A model generated the notes under the pieces. The model ran no database searches. It worked only from the letters and a program-made list of their open reading frames with translations, and had not been told where the DNA came from. The translations under genes and the position numbers were made by a program. This document shows positions 13,401 to 25,901 of a stretch of 64,000 nucleotides of DNA, piece by piece; position 1 is the first letter of the stretch, and every line of letters starts with the position of its first letter. Source of the DNA: Dendrobates tinctorius. Lineage: Eukaryota. Where the stretch lies: positions 30,566,001 to 30,630,000 of the forward strand of contig NW_027361752.1 of assembly GCF_039654945.1 (NCBI RefSeq). The letters are read 5' to 3'.

Positions 13401-14470
13401 CCCTATAACAAGCCCTGTTTGAACTATAACTGAAACCCATGACTCCCACCCTAACAAGGGCAGTCCACATCTAATCCCTATAAACCATAGCCCTACAGGG
13501 CTATGGTTTATAGGGATTAGATGTGGACTGCCCTTGTTAGGGCGGGAGTCATGGGTGTCAGTTATAGTTCAAACAGGGCTTGTTATAGGGTGAATCCCCC
13601 TTTTTTCCTGACCTGATATGACTCTGATGGGACATCTGATCCTGGACATCCTCCATCTTCATGTGGTGAGATCTTTCCTTTTCACATTTCTTTGTTGATG
13701 GGTTTATTGTTATGTCCTTATTATATACATGAATAGGCATATTCCTTGATAACCTTTACAGGGTAGAGGCCTCTTTAGTTCCTCTGATAAGGAAACTGTT
13801 CATTTTTTACTTGGCCTTTTTTGCACTGGTTTAGTCCAAGTATTTTTCTGGTCCAATCTCTCAAAAATTTTGGACTTGGAATAGCCACATGTATATATTG
13901 GTAGTAATCTGTCATAGAGATTCATACAGTTACCTCCTTTATTTTTTGTGGTTTTTGATTTAGTGATTCATTTGCACTACTATCTTTGGTAGCTTTTACA
14001 TTTATTATTAAAAGTTATGTTTTATGTTATTTCTCGATTGCTGATTCGGTACTTTATATCGTGAGAATTTGTGGGTATTTAAACCCACTTTTTTGCTGTT
14101 TATCATGTTGATTTAATGTCTAAGCATGCAAATTTCTGAATTGTTTACCTCGGCTAAATGTCATTCCGCACTTCTTACAGGTAACCTTTGCCTCATCAGT
14201 AGGATTTTGGACAAAGAAGTGCCACACTGCAGTCTTCCTACTATGGTAAACATTTTCTGGCCTTGCACGCTGTGCTAAGTTAATCGCCTGGTCAAGCTGT
14301 CCTGCAACTCTTTTAGTTTTTGTTCCACGTTTTAGGACAGCTACGGGCCTGCTAGATAACTGCTGCTGCAATGTCAATGCTTGCTGTGGATCCTTCTCCT
14401 TATCTGAACTATTGCCAGCGCCACTCTCCTCCCCCCAATGGATACCAATCCGGGTCCAGAACTGGGTCAT
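10432..14470 (-). pseudogene. hAT transposase (BED finger, DDE core, dimerisation domain), fragmented
   Basis: BED: VWHFF..VTCKKC; YDLPSRHFFS; VHLTTDAWTS..ITAHWV; DVATRWNSTLHMVERL; ACPAASVLSERVFSAAG..FIKMN. Many frameshifts; interrupted by the insertion at 12941-14103. Confidence 0.92.
12941..14103. mobile_element. Fold-back insertion (555-bp arms, 2-bp spacer, ~52-bp tail) with 14-bp TSD; probable Penelope-like pLTR
   Basis: 12940-13494 is the reverse complement of 13497-14051 (2 mismatches seen). catgttgatttaat is duplicated at 12927-12940 and 14104-14117. The family assignment is inference. Confidence 0.75.
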
Positions 14471-14529
14471 CCATCACCTCCTCATCAAAGTCATCTGCAC
14501 CTTCCTCTTTACCTTCCTCTGTGTCACCG

Positions 14530-15215
14530 TATACGAAACTGTTTGAAAAAAACGACACGACTCTAAGGTGTAGGTCTGGAAAAACAGAAAAACCCAGCAG
14601 TTTTTTTTCAGAGTCACGCACAGGTAGCTTCTATTTGTCCGTGCTAGAAGGCGGTACACGGTAGTGTGTGAGGAGTGTACACCGCTGTACGGTGTGTGTA
14701 AGTAAAATTGTCAAGCTCCGTGTATTTGTATATGGACTGACAAATGCTGTCTCTGTCTAGTTTAGACCGTGATCAAACAGCAGATATACGAAACTGTTTG
14801 AAAAACGGACACGACACTAAGGTGTAGGTCTGGAAAAACGGAAAAACTCCTCTGATTTTTTTTCCAGAGTCACACACAGGTAGCTTCTATTTGTCCATGC
14901 TAGAAGGCGGTACACGGTAGTGTGTGAGGAGCGTACATCGCTGTACGGTGTGTGTATGTAAAATTGTCAAGCTCCGTGTATTTGTATACGGACTGACACA
15001 CGCTGTCTCTGTCTAGTTTTGACTGTAATCAAACAGCAGATATACGAAACTGTTTGAAAAACGGACACAACTCTAAGGTGTACAGTAGATCTGGAAAAAC
15101 GGACAAACTCCTCGGCTTTTTCTTCCAGAGTCACACCCAGATAGCTTCTATTTGTCCGTGATACCAGCCAGTACACGGTAGTGTGTGAGGAGCGTACACC
15201 GCTAGACAGTGTGTG
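14530..15215. repeat. ~255-bp tandem repeat, ~2.7 copies, upstream of the hAT transposase
   Basis: tatacgaaactgtttgaaaa recurs at ~14530, 14785 and 15041. Confidence 0.9.
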
Positions 15216-15958
15216 AAAAAATGAATGCTCAGTAACTCACCAGGTCAAAATAATAAAATTTGGAGTGCTTTGAATAAAGCAGTTTGAACAGCAGTGTGCA
15301 CACAGCAATGCAGCTAGCAGGTAGCCTTAAAAGGCAGCCTAATCACCACCAGCGCTGCTGCACACAACAAAAATCCTCCCCTTTCACTGCACGCTAACTG
15401 TAAAGTGAAAAGCGCTATCAGCAGAAGCAGTTTTTTTTTCTTCTTCCCTGCCTAACGCTCTCCCTGTTCAGAATCAGCAGCAGCACCTTTCACTATTGTA
15501 AGATCGTCAGAAGTAAGATGGCTGTCGGCATTCACAGCCTTTTATATCCACTGTGACGCCACACAAAGCCAGCCAATCACTTCAATGCCCTTCTCTAAGA
15601 TGGTGGTGGCCGCTGCACATGTCATCGCGTTGCCCACAGTGTGCATCCTCCATCATTGGGTGAGAAAAGGCGCTGAAAGCATAATTTGAAACGCGACATT
15701 GGCACGCTGATCGGTGACCTTATGGCCGACCTCACGCTAGGGTCGGGTTTCAATCGGCGAAACCCGACTTTGGCGAAAGTCGGCTATTTTTTAATCTGAC
15801 CGACCTGTTTCGCTCAACTCTACATCATAGTATTCATACTTAGAGCATAGATTTGGGAAACAGTAATAATGTCACTCAGCCAAAAAGGTGTCACTGAGTA
15901 AGAGAATTATTTTGAAAATGAATCATCTACATACATTCTGTAGCTGAGGAATACATAC

Positions 15959-16292
15959 CGTAACGTAAGGAGAAGCCGCTCCTCCGCAGAGATACATTTG
16001 CGCATGCGGGTGTCCTGGAAGGTGATCCCTGGGTGCACTGTCTCCAACAAAACATCAAAGGTAGAAACGGTCATCCGACAATAGAGGAAAGACTTGTCGG
16101 GATGTGTCCTCAGAGCTGCATAAAGCCTGTGAAAATGGCCTTTAGTGAGGTGTTGTCTCAAATGCGGATGCACCCACATTCGTCTCCTCCTCCTCAGATC
16201 CAAAACCACTGGGTATGGCTGGCTAAAGCAGCGGGACAAACCCAGTTGAACAGAACACGGTCAGTTGGGGTGAACTGAAGTGTGTCTGACAT
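15959..16292 (-). pseudogene. Harbinger transposase exon 1
   Basis: RRRRMWVHP...HPDKSFLYCRMTVSTFDVLL...ISAEERLLLTLR, then donor gtatgt at 15958. Splices in phase 2 to 5904 to give LTLR/FLTT. Confidence 0.85.
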
Positions 16293-17312
16293 GTTTGCTA
16301 ACAACCACCAAGACACCAACACAAGCACAGCAACAAAATGGGCATATTGGAGGCTGCCACCTGGTGGAGAGTCAATAAACAGGGTTGGTGCTGATGATGA
16401 TTATGTGCAGGCCTCAAAACTGTTAAATGTCCATTTTGCAAGGTTGCGAGAAAAAAACGCTCTACGGATCACATACGGATTACGTACGGATGCTTACATG
16501 GGAAAAATACGCGGCCACAACCTGACAAAGGCTGATATACGGATCACTATTTAGGGACCATTTATGTGTATTTCGGCCGTACAATATGGTCCGTATTTTT
16601 ATACGTTGTGTGTGACGCCAGCCTTAGTTGCAGACTTTGACTGTATTACACAGATAGCACCCAACCTGTATGGACCAGGTTCAACTCTTGAACCCACTCC
16701 ACACATTGCACACAATGCAGGATGAACAAATACTTCCAATGATGGAAAGGAGCTGTTGTGATTTTTAGTTTTGACATAAAATACTGAGAAAGTGCCTAAC
16801 TTTAATTGGTTAAGTTTGTATAATAAAAATAACAAATACGTTGAGTTTGCTAAAGTTAAACAGCTTCAGGGGAGACGGCCTCATTAAGGAAGCCAGCTGT
16901 GTATAGAGTCTTATTTGCAGCATTCAATTAAAAACAAAATATTACGAGAAAAACTTATGTATCACTTATTGGAGGTACGGTAGCTACGTTTTCAGTCACT
17001 TCCAGATGCCAATTACAGATAACTGTTTTGGGGTACACCAAACAACAGTGTTTTTGAGAATCAGGTAGAATACAGGTATAGAATTAGAGAGCTAGACAGA
17101 GACATTGCTTTTTTGTCTGGTAGAAGAACCTTAGTTTCCATCAACTGGATATTTGCAGATACTGCTTTCCTGAGCAAGTGGCCAAAGATGAGCAGCATTG
17201 AATAAACATAATTTTGCATTACTCTTTTGAAATGCTACCCTATGGTTGTTAAATGAGTTAAGTCCCATCAAGAGTTTTAATCATGTTGCAATACATTTTT
17301 GAAATTTGTAAG

Positions 17313-17662
17313 TAGGTTTGATCGAATAGCTTCGGATAAGAGCTTATCCGAATAGCTATAGCACTTACCGAATAGGCGCATCAGGAATCCGGATACCTGG
17401 AGTGCTCCCGAGGATCAGCTGTTCGGCGCCGCAGCTGCATGTGTCGTGGCTGTGTGACAGTCACAACACATGCATGGAGAGCCTGTTTGTTGGCCTCTAC
17501 ATACATGTGTGGTGACAGTGAAACTGTCACTACACATGCAGCTGCACGCCAAACAGCTGATCATCTGGAGCTCTCAAGGTATCCAGGTTCCCGATGTAGC
17601 TATTCGGTAAGCGCTTTAGCTATTCGGATAAGCTCTTAAATGAAGCTATTCGCTCATCCCTA
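17313..17662. mobile_element. hAT MITE (palindromic)
   Basis: Ends taggtttgatcgaatagc / gctattcgctcatcccta; perfect 8-bp TSD tttgtaag; long internal inverted repeat. Confidence 0.9.
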
Positions 17663-18979
17663 TTTGTAAGCTGACATAGATTGCAAGTGCAATAAATACT
17701 TCCCACATTACAGAGAAGTCTTATTTTCTCTTTAAAAAAAACTCATCACCCCTTGTTAAGCAAAATAAAACTTAATAGGTAATTGCTGGTGATCAAACTG
17801 TCTCCCGTCAACCACACAACCCTTCAATTATTTCTCCTTGCCAGAAATATAGTACAGACCCGCCAAGCATGTGTTCACAAAGAAGTATTACAGTATATTT
17901 TCAAAGTGAATAAATAGAAAGTTCTTAATTAGCATAACATCCAAGGTTTTGCCCGTAATGGCTACTTCTGAGATGCTAATGTTCAAGGAAGGTATTGATA
18001 CAATAATATATTCAATTTGTATATTTAGAAATAGGAGTTCTACAAAACAGATAATCTATCTTTTGATGGGTGTATGGATTAGTTCATTTCATTAGTCATA
18101 TTGTAGGGTTCTTTAAAGGGTCGGAGATTGACTTACGAGGTAGGTATCTCCTGTTGGTGACACTTCAGAAATAGTTTTCTCTTTTCTTTCTTTCTCGTCA
18201 TTATGGAATTTTCCTTTCTTTCCTTTCTGGCAGATTACCAATTAGCTCGTATTCAGATAGTGTACAGCCAAACTTTGCTTTGCACTGATTATTCTGCCTT
18301 CAGGCACGCTGACACGATGTGCCATCCAGCATACAGTATAAACCACAGCTCTGCCTTCCAAAAAAAGCAGACTGTTCTCTGTAGTCTAACTTGTTTATTT
18401 GTGAAGAGTATAGAACATGCGCGGTAAAACTACAAGGAATACAAATAACATGCATAAGTATTGGGCAGATGATCATAGCTAACACAATCACAGAAGTTTA
18501 CATTGAGATGCAAACATTACATAGGAATACATTAGTTTATGATTACATTTACTGAGAACTGGCAACTAAAGGGGTTAATGACATCTCTTGGCTGCTAGAC
18601 AGCAAATAACACCTCTCTGAATCACTGCATTGCAAGAAAACACTGACTCTTACCAGATATGCTTTAGCCGGGTAGTGACTCAAGTAGAGAAGTTGCAGGA
18701 AAAACAAAGGTTACACAGGAGGACAAATAACATGTGCATCCTATGAGATCCAAAGAAGCAAAATGGCCCTTCTTCATCCCAGAATACATTGCTTCCTTCC
18801 TACAAAGCACTGCTTTAATCCCATAGTGCATTGCTTCTGTTAAAGTCACAGGCTTTATAATGCTATTGAAGACACTGCTATAAATTCAGCCACCACTAGA
18901 TGGTGCTATAATCAACCCAGCACATAATAAAACATTCTTTGCCCTATTAAGAGGGCAGAACACTCCCCACTTGGCATTA

Positions 18980-21900
18980 ACTAATGCCACTTACAGGCTC
19001 TTTAGGCGAAAGCAAAAGAATTAGCTCCGCAACTGGTCTGAGGAATAGTTTACTCTCTCCAACCTTCCACACTTTGACCTCGACCTTGCGCACCTTCTCA
19101 TCTTTGCTTGGGAAAACCTTGGTGATGAGGCTAAGAGGCCAGTCATTTCAATGTGACTGACTCTCCTTCATGAGCACAATATCACCGGGTTTGATGTTCG
19201 GCTTATTGATCTGCCACTTCTTCCTAGTCTGTAAGGTGGAGAGGTATTCCTTTCTCCATCTGTCCCAGAAAGTATTAGAGAGACTTTGAACTTGTCTCCA
19301 TTGACATCTGTAGAGGTCCTTGCTGCTGAATTCTCCCAGTGGAGCGCTAGGAGTGTTGGTTTTCTGAGTGAGTAACATGGTGGGAGTGAGAATGGTTGGA
19401 TCTTCAGCATCACTGGAGAGTGCAGTCAGCGGTCTGGCATTTATGATGGCTGAAACTTCTGCCAAGAATGTAGTCAAACCCTCGTGTGTGAGTCTTGTGC
19501 TACCTTCTTGTAAGAAGATAGAGTCGATGATTCTGCATGCTATTCCTATCATCCTCTCCCAAGCACCTCCCATGTGAGAAGAGTGTGGTAAATTGAAGGT
19601 CCAGGTACATCCCTGTTCACTCAGGTATCTTTCCACACTGGTATTGTCTAGGTTGGAAGGAATTTGGAGGTCTTTCACTGCTCCTACGAAATTTGTGCCT
19701 CTGTCAGAGCGAATGTGTTTCATGGTGCCTCTGATGGCAATGAAGCGTTGGAGTGTATTTATGAAACTTGATGTATCCATGGATTCAATCACTTCGATGT
19801 GGACATGCAGGTAAACATAACTGCCCAGCGTTTTGTGTTGGCTTGGACTCTTCTAGTATGCCGTGCAACCACAGACCACGGCCCGAATACATCCAGTCCA
19901 ATGTTGGTAAAGGGAGGATCCATACTAAGTCTGTCTGATTGGAGATTGGCCATATTTGGGCTTTGAGTCGCACCGCGGAGTTTGCCACAAGTCACACAGT
20001 TGAAGATGAATTTACTCACACATCTCTTTGCTCCGACTATCCATAGTCCAGCAGTTCGTAGATTCCCTTCGGTACACAATCGGCCCTGATGTTTCACCAA
20101 AACATGATGGTGCAGTACGAGCAGAGTAGTCACATGGTGATGACCAGGAATTATTACAGGGTGTTTTTCCACGAATTCCACCTTGGCTTCCTGAAGACGA
20201 CCTCCAATTCTTATCAGCCCCTTTTGGTCAACTATTGGATCAAGCTTTTTCAAGACACTGCCTCTAGAAATGGGTTGACCTTTGTTAAGGTTGTCTACTT
20301 CTTTGGCATAACACTCGCGTTGTATAGTACAAATTATCGTGTTTTTGGCGTTTTCCAGGTTAGGAGCGGTAAATGCGTGTTTGCAGTGGTGCCAACCTTT
20401 ACAAGACTTCTGACTGGTGGGTGAGCGTTGCTTTTGGGGTTTAAATGGTAGAGGGGCCATCCAACTCTTTGACTCATCTCTTACCATCTCTCGATCCATG
20501 ATGTCCAAAAACAGTCTGTCTTCTGTGGACATTGCTACCTTGTTGTCCTCTCTTGTTCTGTGGAAAACTGTGCACCCTACGTGATCTTGGTCACGGTCAC
20601 ATGAGTGGTCTTCACATGAAGGATCAGCTAATGGACAAGGTAGAGGAGCATTGTGTGGCAACTCTTTTACAAGGAAGCTACTCTTACATGATTGGAAGAG
20701 AGACGGACCTCCATTTTCAAGAGTATTGGTAAGCATGCTGTCAACTAAGGCTGGCTTGTGTGCTCCTCCTAGGCAAACGTCTCCTATGTTGACCCATCCA
20801 AGGTCGAGCCTCTGTGTGTACGGAGCGGTCCTGGAGCCATTTATACATTCTCTAGCCTTGTGGACTTGTAGAACATCTCTCTCCAGAAGTAGAGCTATTG
20901 GGGTTCCTGGATCTAGTTCAGGTATCAGGTGGGCTATACGCTTTAGATGGGGGTGATATGTTGCCACCTCCCGTGAAGGTATTTCTGACCTGTTGTCAGG
21001 AATCTGGTTACACTCCAGGATGGTCGGTAATGATAGGCAGGTCTGGCCATCTATGGACTCCACTTTTTATCCAGCTGCTTTTCTCCCCGTCGTCTCAGCG
21101 GTACCTGAACACGTCCTCAGGGTGTAGGGAGAACCAGGGCCTATGATGCTGAAGTTTTCAAAGAAGATGGACCTGGCTAGAGATCTGTTACTTTGGTCAT
21201 CCAGGATTGCATAAATCTTGAAGGCTTTGTCCTTGTGGCCTGCAGGATAGACTCGGACAAGGCAGATTTTTAAACAGGACCTTCTTCCTGTAAGTCCTCT
21301 ACAGATCTCATTACATTTAGTGCTGACCTCAGGGGTGTCTTCGCCAGTGTCCTTCTGCTTCCCATCGTGCTCCTCTGCATGCGACAACACTCGTGGAGTT
21401 GATCCAGGGTGCAAGGCTGTATTGTGATCCGTGCTGCTGCAATCTGCACATTTCACGCTAGCTTCACAGTTCCTGGTGAAGTGAGAGGTTGTGGCTAGAG
21501 TTGAGCGACTTTGGTCGGATCGGGTTTCATGAAACACAATTTGTTTCAGATTAAACTGGTCCGACTAGGGCAAAAAAAGTCGGAGTTTCATCCGAAACCC
21601 GACCCCAATGCAAGACAATGGGGAATAAAAGTCGGCATTGAGTGGATGAATGTCATCCGCTCAATGCCGACTTTTATTTCCCTTTGACTTGCATTGGGGT
21701 CGGGTTTCGGACGAAACTTCGACTTTTTTGCCCTAGTCGGACCAGTTTCATCTGAAACAAATTTTGTTTCATGAAAACCGATCCAACCAAAGTCGCTCAA
21801 CTCTAGTTGCGGCACAACATTTGAAGCAGATGTTGTTCTCCTTGAGGAAACCTTTGCGATCCTCTAAAGACTTCTCCCTGAAGGCTCTGCATTTTAGTAG

Positions 21901-23415
21901 AGGATGTGGTTTCTTGTGTAGAGGACAATATTTACTGACATCCTGAGGTTTGTTCTCGTCTGGAGGGGGTTTATTCACCTTGTGAGGAGGGCCTGTGGAA
22001 TCAATGTTAGTTTTGTGGACTGCCACAAGTGTCTTACCAGATTTGACACCAGTGGCAGTGGAACACGACAGAGTAAAATCAAAACTAGGGTCATTTCTAA
22101 TCCTAGATTGTTTGGTGACAAAATCAACAAATACAGTGAAAGGAGGAAATGATACATTATGATTGTGTTTGTACTCTGAACCATAGGTAATCCACTTTTC
22201 TTGTAGGTTGTAAGGAAGTTTCTATACTATCAGATTGACACCCTTAGCGGTGTCTAAGAATGCCAATCCGGGTAAGTCTCCTTCCTGCTGAGCAACCTGC
22301 AACTCATTCAATAAATCTCAGTTCTCTAAGATTTAGATAGCCTTTAGGTCCTATCTTAGGAAAATCCTCAATTCTTTTATATAAAGCATTCTCTATGACT
22401 TCTACTTCCCCATAGCATTCATTGAGTCTTTCCCACACCTTATGTAGGGCTGTGCGAGGATGCTTTACATTAATGTCTCTCAGTCTTTTGGCATGCTCGA
22501 CTGACTCACTTCCGAGCCACTTTACCAGGAGATCTAACTCCTCACCACAAGAAAGGTCCAGACCATGAATGGCGTTCCGGAACGAGGCTTGCCATGACCG
22601 ATAGTTCTCGGGTTTGTCAGTGAACTTTAAAATTCAATTTGTAACCAGTTCTTGGCGGGCAAGGAACTTTGCAAGGTCCTTCATGGCTCTGTCAGTGCTG
22701 GCACGAGCCGGTGTGTGATAGTCGTGTCTAGTGTGTGGTGCATCACCATACCTGTAAGATGCTTGTGACTCTGGATAGTCTGTGCGGTACCTTGTTGGTG
22801 AACAAGGTGTCTCTTTAAGGCAGGATGGGAGCTGTACCTTCTTTTCAGTGGAACGGTAGCTGTAGTCGACATCTCTGTGCTGGACGTCTCCTCGCCTATG
22901 GTAGTGAAGCTCGGGGTTGGAGCGCTGGTAATCGGCATGGGCTGATCGATATGATGCGCCAGGGCTGTCATCTACGCTGGAATGTTGATGGACGTACTCT
23001 GCGACGTGTTGCGCTGGATCTTGCTGCTCTAGATCTGGTCCGAGAATGCTGCTGTGTCTCTCAGAATCAGGATCTTTCATAGCTTCCAAATACTCTGCTT
23101 TAGCTATTGCAGCTGCTGTCTCTTTGTCTGATGCAAGTCTTTCTAGCTCTGCTTGCAAACATGCAGCTTCTGCCTCTCTTTCTGCCTGCAGACATGCGGC
23201 TTCCATCTCTCACTGACTGCAAAAAGGCGGTTTTGGCTTCTTGATCTGCTTGTCTCAGCTTTAGATGCATCTCTCGTTTGGCGAAGGAGGATCTCACTTT
23301 GGCTGCTTCGGCCTCGGCACGAGCGACAGCAGTTAGCTCTGCTAAGGATGACCTGCTGGAACTTGCTCTTGACCTTGTTTTGAGTGAAGATGTATTTTTC
23401 CGAGACATTGTGCAT
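18980..23415 (-). pseudogene. BEL/Pao gag-protease-integrase polyprotein, RT/RNase H missing
   Basis: CPLHKKPHPLLKC, CFKC, CADC..H..H knuckles; protease YAILDDQSNRS; GLIRIGGRL; IGLDVFGPW; IRSDRGTNFVGA; HMGGAWERMI; FWDRWRKEYL. Jumps from WMAPLPFK directly to the pre-integrase region. Confidence 0.9.
21496..21805. mobile_element. hAT MITE (near-perfect palindrome) inserted in the BEL gag
   Basis: TIR tagagttgagcgactttgg; TSD gttgtggc / gttgcggc; shares termini and subterminal motifs with the hAT at 6063-15822. Confidence 0.9.
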
Positions 23416-25901
23416 TTAGCTGAGTGCTGCTTAGTATATTGGCGGGAAACAATCTATGTATGGCAGCTTCCGCGTGGCGGGAAAGTTATAGCACTTCTTG
23501 GCGGGTTGCGGTAGCGTTCTGCGGCTGTATTGCAGCTGCTGTGATACCCGTATGCGGAGCCGTGTGGGTGTTAGCGGTCCCCTACAGTCTATGCAATCTC
23601 CGCGTGCGACCGGCGGTCCTTTACTGAGCCCTGGGCTTGTCTCCCGCAGCTGTATGGCGGATGCTGTAGTACCCGTATGCGGAGCAGTCTGGGTGATAGC
23701 GGTCGCTTACAGCTTGAATTCACTGTTGCAGGCATATGGTGATCTGTTTTACTATTCTGCCTTCAGGCACGCTGACATGATGTGCAATCCAGCATACAGT
23801 ATAAACCACAGCTCTGTCTTCCAAAATAAGCAGACTGTTCTCTATAGTCTATCTTGTTTATTTGTGAAGAGTATAGAACATGAGCGGTAAAACTACAAGG
23901 AATACAAATAACATGCATAAGTATTGGGCAGATGATCATAGCTAACACAATCACAGAAGTGTACATTGAGATGCAAACATTACATAGGAATACATTAGTT
24001 TATGATTACATTTAATGAGAACTGGAAACTAAAGGGGTTAATGACATCTATTGGCTGCTAGACAGTAAACAACACCTCTCTGAATCACTGCATTGCAAGA
24101 AAACACTGACTCTTACCAGATATCCTTTAGCCGGGTAGTGACTCAAGTAGAGAAGTTGCAGGAAAAACAAAGGTTACACAGGAGGACAAATAACATGTGC
24201 ATCCTATGAGATCCACAGAAGCAAAATGGCCCTTCTTCATCCCAGAATACATTGCTTCCTTCCTACAAAGCACTGCTTTAATCCCATAGTGCATTGCTTC
24301 TGTTAAAGTCACAGGCTTTATAATGCTATTGAAGACACTGCTATAAATTCAGCCACCACTAGATGGTGCTATAATCAACCCAGCACATAATAAAACATTC
24401 TTTGCCCTATTAAGAGGGCAGAACACTGATGAAGAACAAGTCCTTTAAAATAGCTGTTTGAAGATGGGAGTCTGACTTGGCGATTATTCTTAGCTAAGTT
24501 TCAAGTCTCAGTAAAAAGCTTTCCTTTTAAATTACCTATAATTGGTGGAATCTTTCTGAGACTGACATTAATGTGCACATAATTTTAGGAACCCTTATAT
24601 ATCCGCAATAATAATAGTCAGATAAATTTAAGATACTACTCACACCACGATCACTCAAAGCGCTCAGATCAAATCAACCGAAACTGGTGTTGACATTTCA
24701 TGTTTATGAAGGAATTATGTAGCGATGGAGCTGGAGAGTACACCACTGACAGCTGAAATTAGATGGCAATTCTTGCTGAGAGCATATATTAAACAAGCCC
24801 TGGATTATACAATGGCTACGGAGTCTACATCAAGGAGTAGAAGTGTTACACAGCAGATGTTTTTTTACCATTTAAATGTATTTTGAAAATCAAGTGAATT
24901 ACACGTAGGCTCTCTGTTGCCTTTGAATATGGATGTGGATTGCAGCTTCAAAGATATTTTAAAATGTCAAAGGTACTGGGGGAAAAACGCAGGGGGTAAG
25001 ATTTAGAGAACAAAGGAAATTAAATTAGGAAATTCTGATTTATTATGCTTTTAGTCACACCGAAGAAATAATGAACAATTCTCCATCTAATGAAAAGTCA
25101 GAGTGGACGAGTTATGTCCATAAACACTGTGCATTGTCTGTAATAAACCCTGTGTGTGTGCCTCCCCCAGGTGATATACAGTGATATATGAGGATTCATA
25201 TGTTTTTATGGTCAATGATTTCTAAGTCATAGACTGCATGAAATAGTCTCACTAACAGATTTTCCCATCGTCCGGAAAAAAAGGTGAATGTCTGTCCTTT
25301 AACTATGTGTCATTTTTAGGCAAACTATTATGTGCTTGTCATCATTTCCTTAATTGGATTTTCCTATTCCTTGAAAAAGCATAAATTATTTAAAGTTCAT
25401 AATGAAATTCTGTCTGTCTGAGGCCACCAAAAGGGAGCCTAGAGGATGTGTCACAAAGCTATCCCCTTTACTAATAGAAGTTGTTTCCATGATGCGTTGA
25501 TCAGTTTGGGTTCTGCCATTGAAATAAATGGTTGGTTTGATACAAAACACATAAATCGGCCATAGCTTATCTTTGTAAGCAGCTATTATTGGCTTAAAAA
25601 GGGGATCCCTAAAATATGTACCCTTTCCACAAGCCTATATAAACTAAGAGAATAATATCCTTAATGCAACCCTCTACCATAGGGCTGAAATGTAACTCAA
25701 AATTTCTGTTGTATTGTCGACGTATCTGGGCCCCTTTTTTGCTTCCCACTGCCTCCTCTACTTAGAACTGCATTCCTTTCCTCCCAGTGCCAAGATTGCT
25801 ACCACAGTAGTATTGGGGAGTACAACAGTAAGTCTAAACCATATCTCCATCTTTCAATCCTATCCCAAAGCAGAGGTAAAAACAGGGGATGCATGGTTTA
25901 A

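Larger units (their letters stand above)
6063..15822 (-). mobile_element. hAT DNA transposon (~9.8 kb) inside the Harbinger intron
   Basis: TIRs ta(c)agatgagc / cgctcaactcta; 8-bp TSD cattatag / catcatag; subterminal aaacccgactt...aagtcgg motifs at both ends; hAT transposase inside. Confidence 0.88.
2568..16623. mobile_element. PIF/Harbinger DNA transposon, degraded and expanded by nested insertions
   Basis: Imperfect TIRs ggccggcgtcagac / gtgtgacgccagcc; 3-bp flanks tga / tta; convergent MADF gene (+) and DDE transposase (-). Confidence 0.8.
18290..24425 (-). mobile_element. BEL/Pao LTR retrotransposon, internally deleted
   Basis: 673-bp LTRs (18290-18962, 23753-24425); 5-bp TSD CTGAT; PPT gtggggag next to the left LTR; BEL-type gag knuckles, protease and integrase. 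Confidence 0.93.

Noticed and set aside
13251-13740. Identical 60-aa ORF on both strands, a possible gene pair
   Set aside because: By-product of the palindrome; no recognisable protein features.
10432-14470. Host ZBED gene
   Set aside because: Heavily frameshifted and enclosed by TIRs and a TSD.
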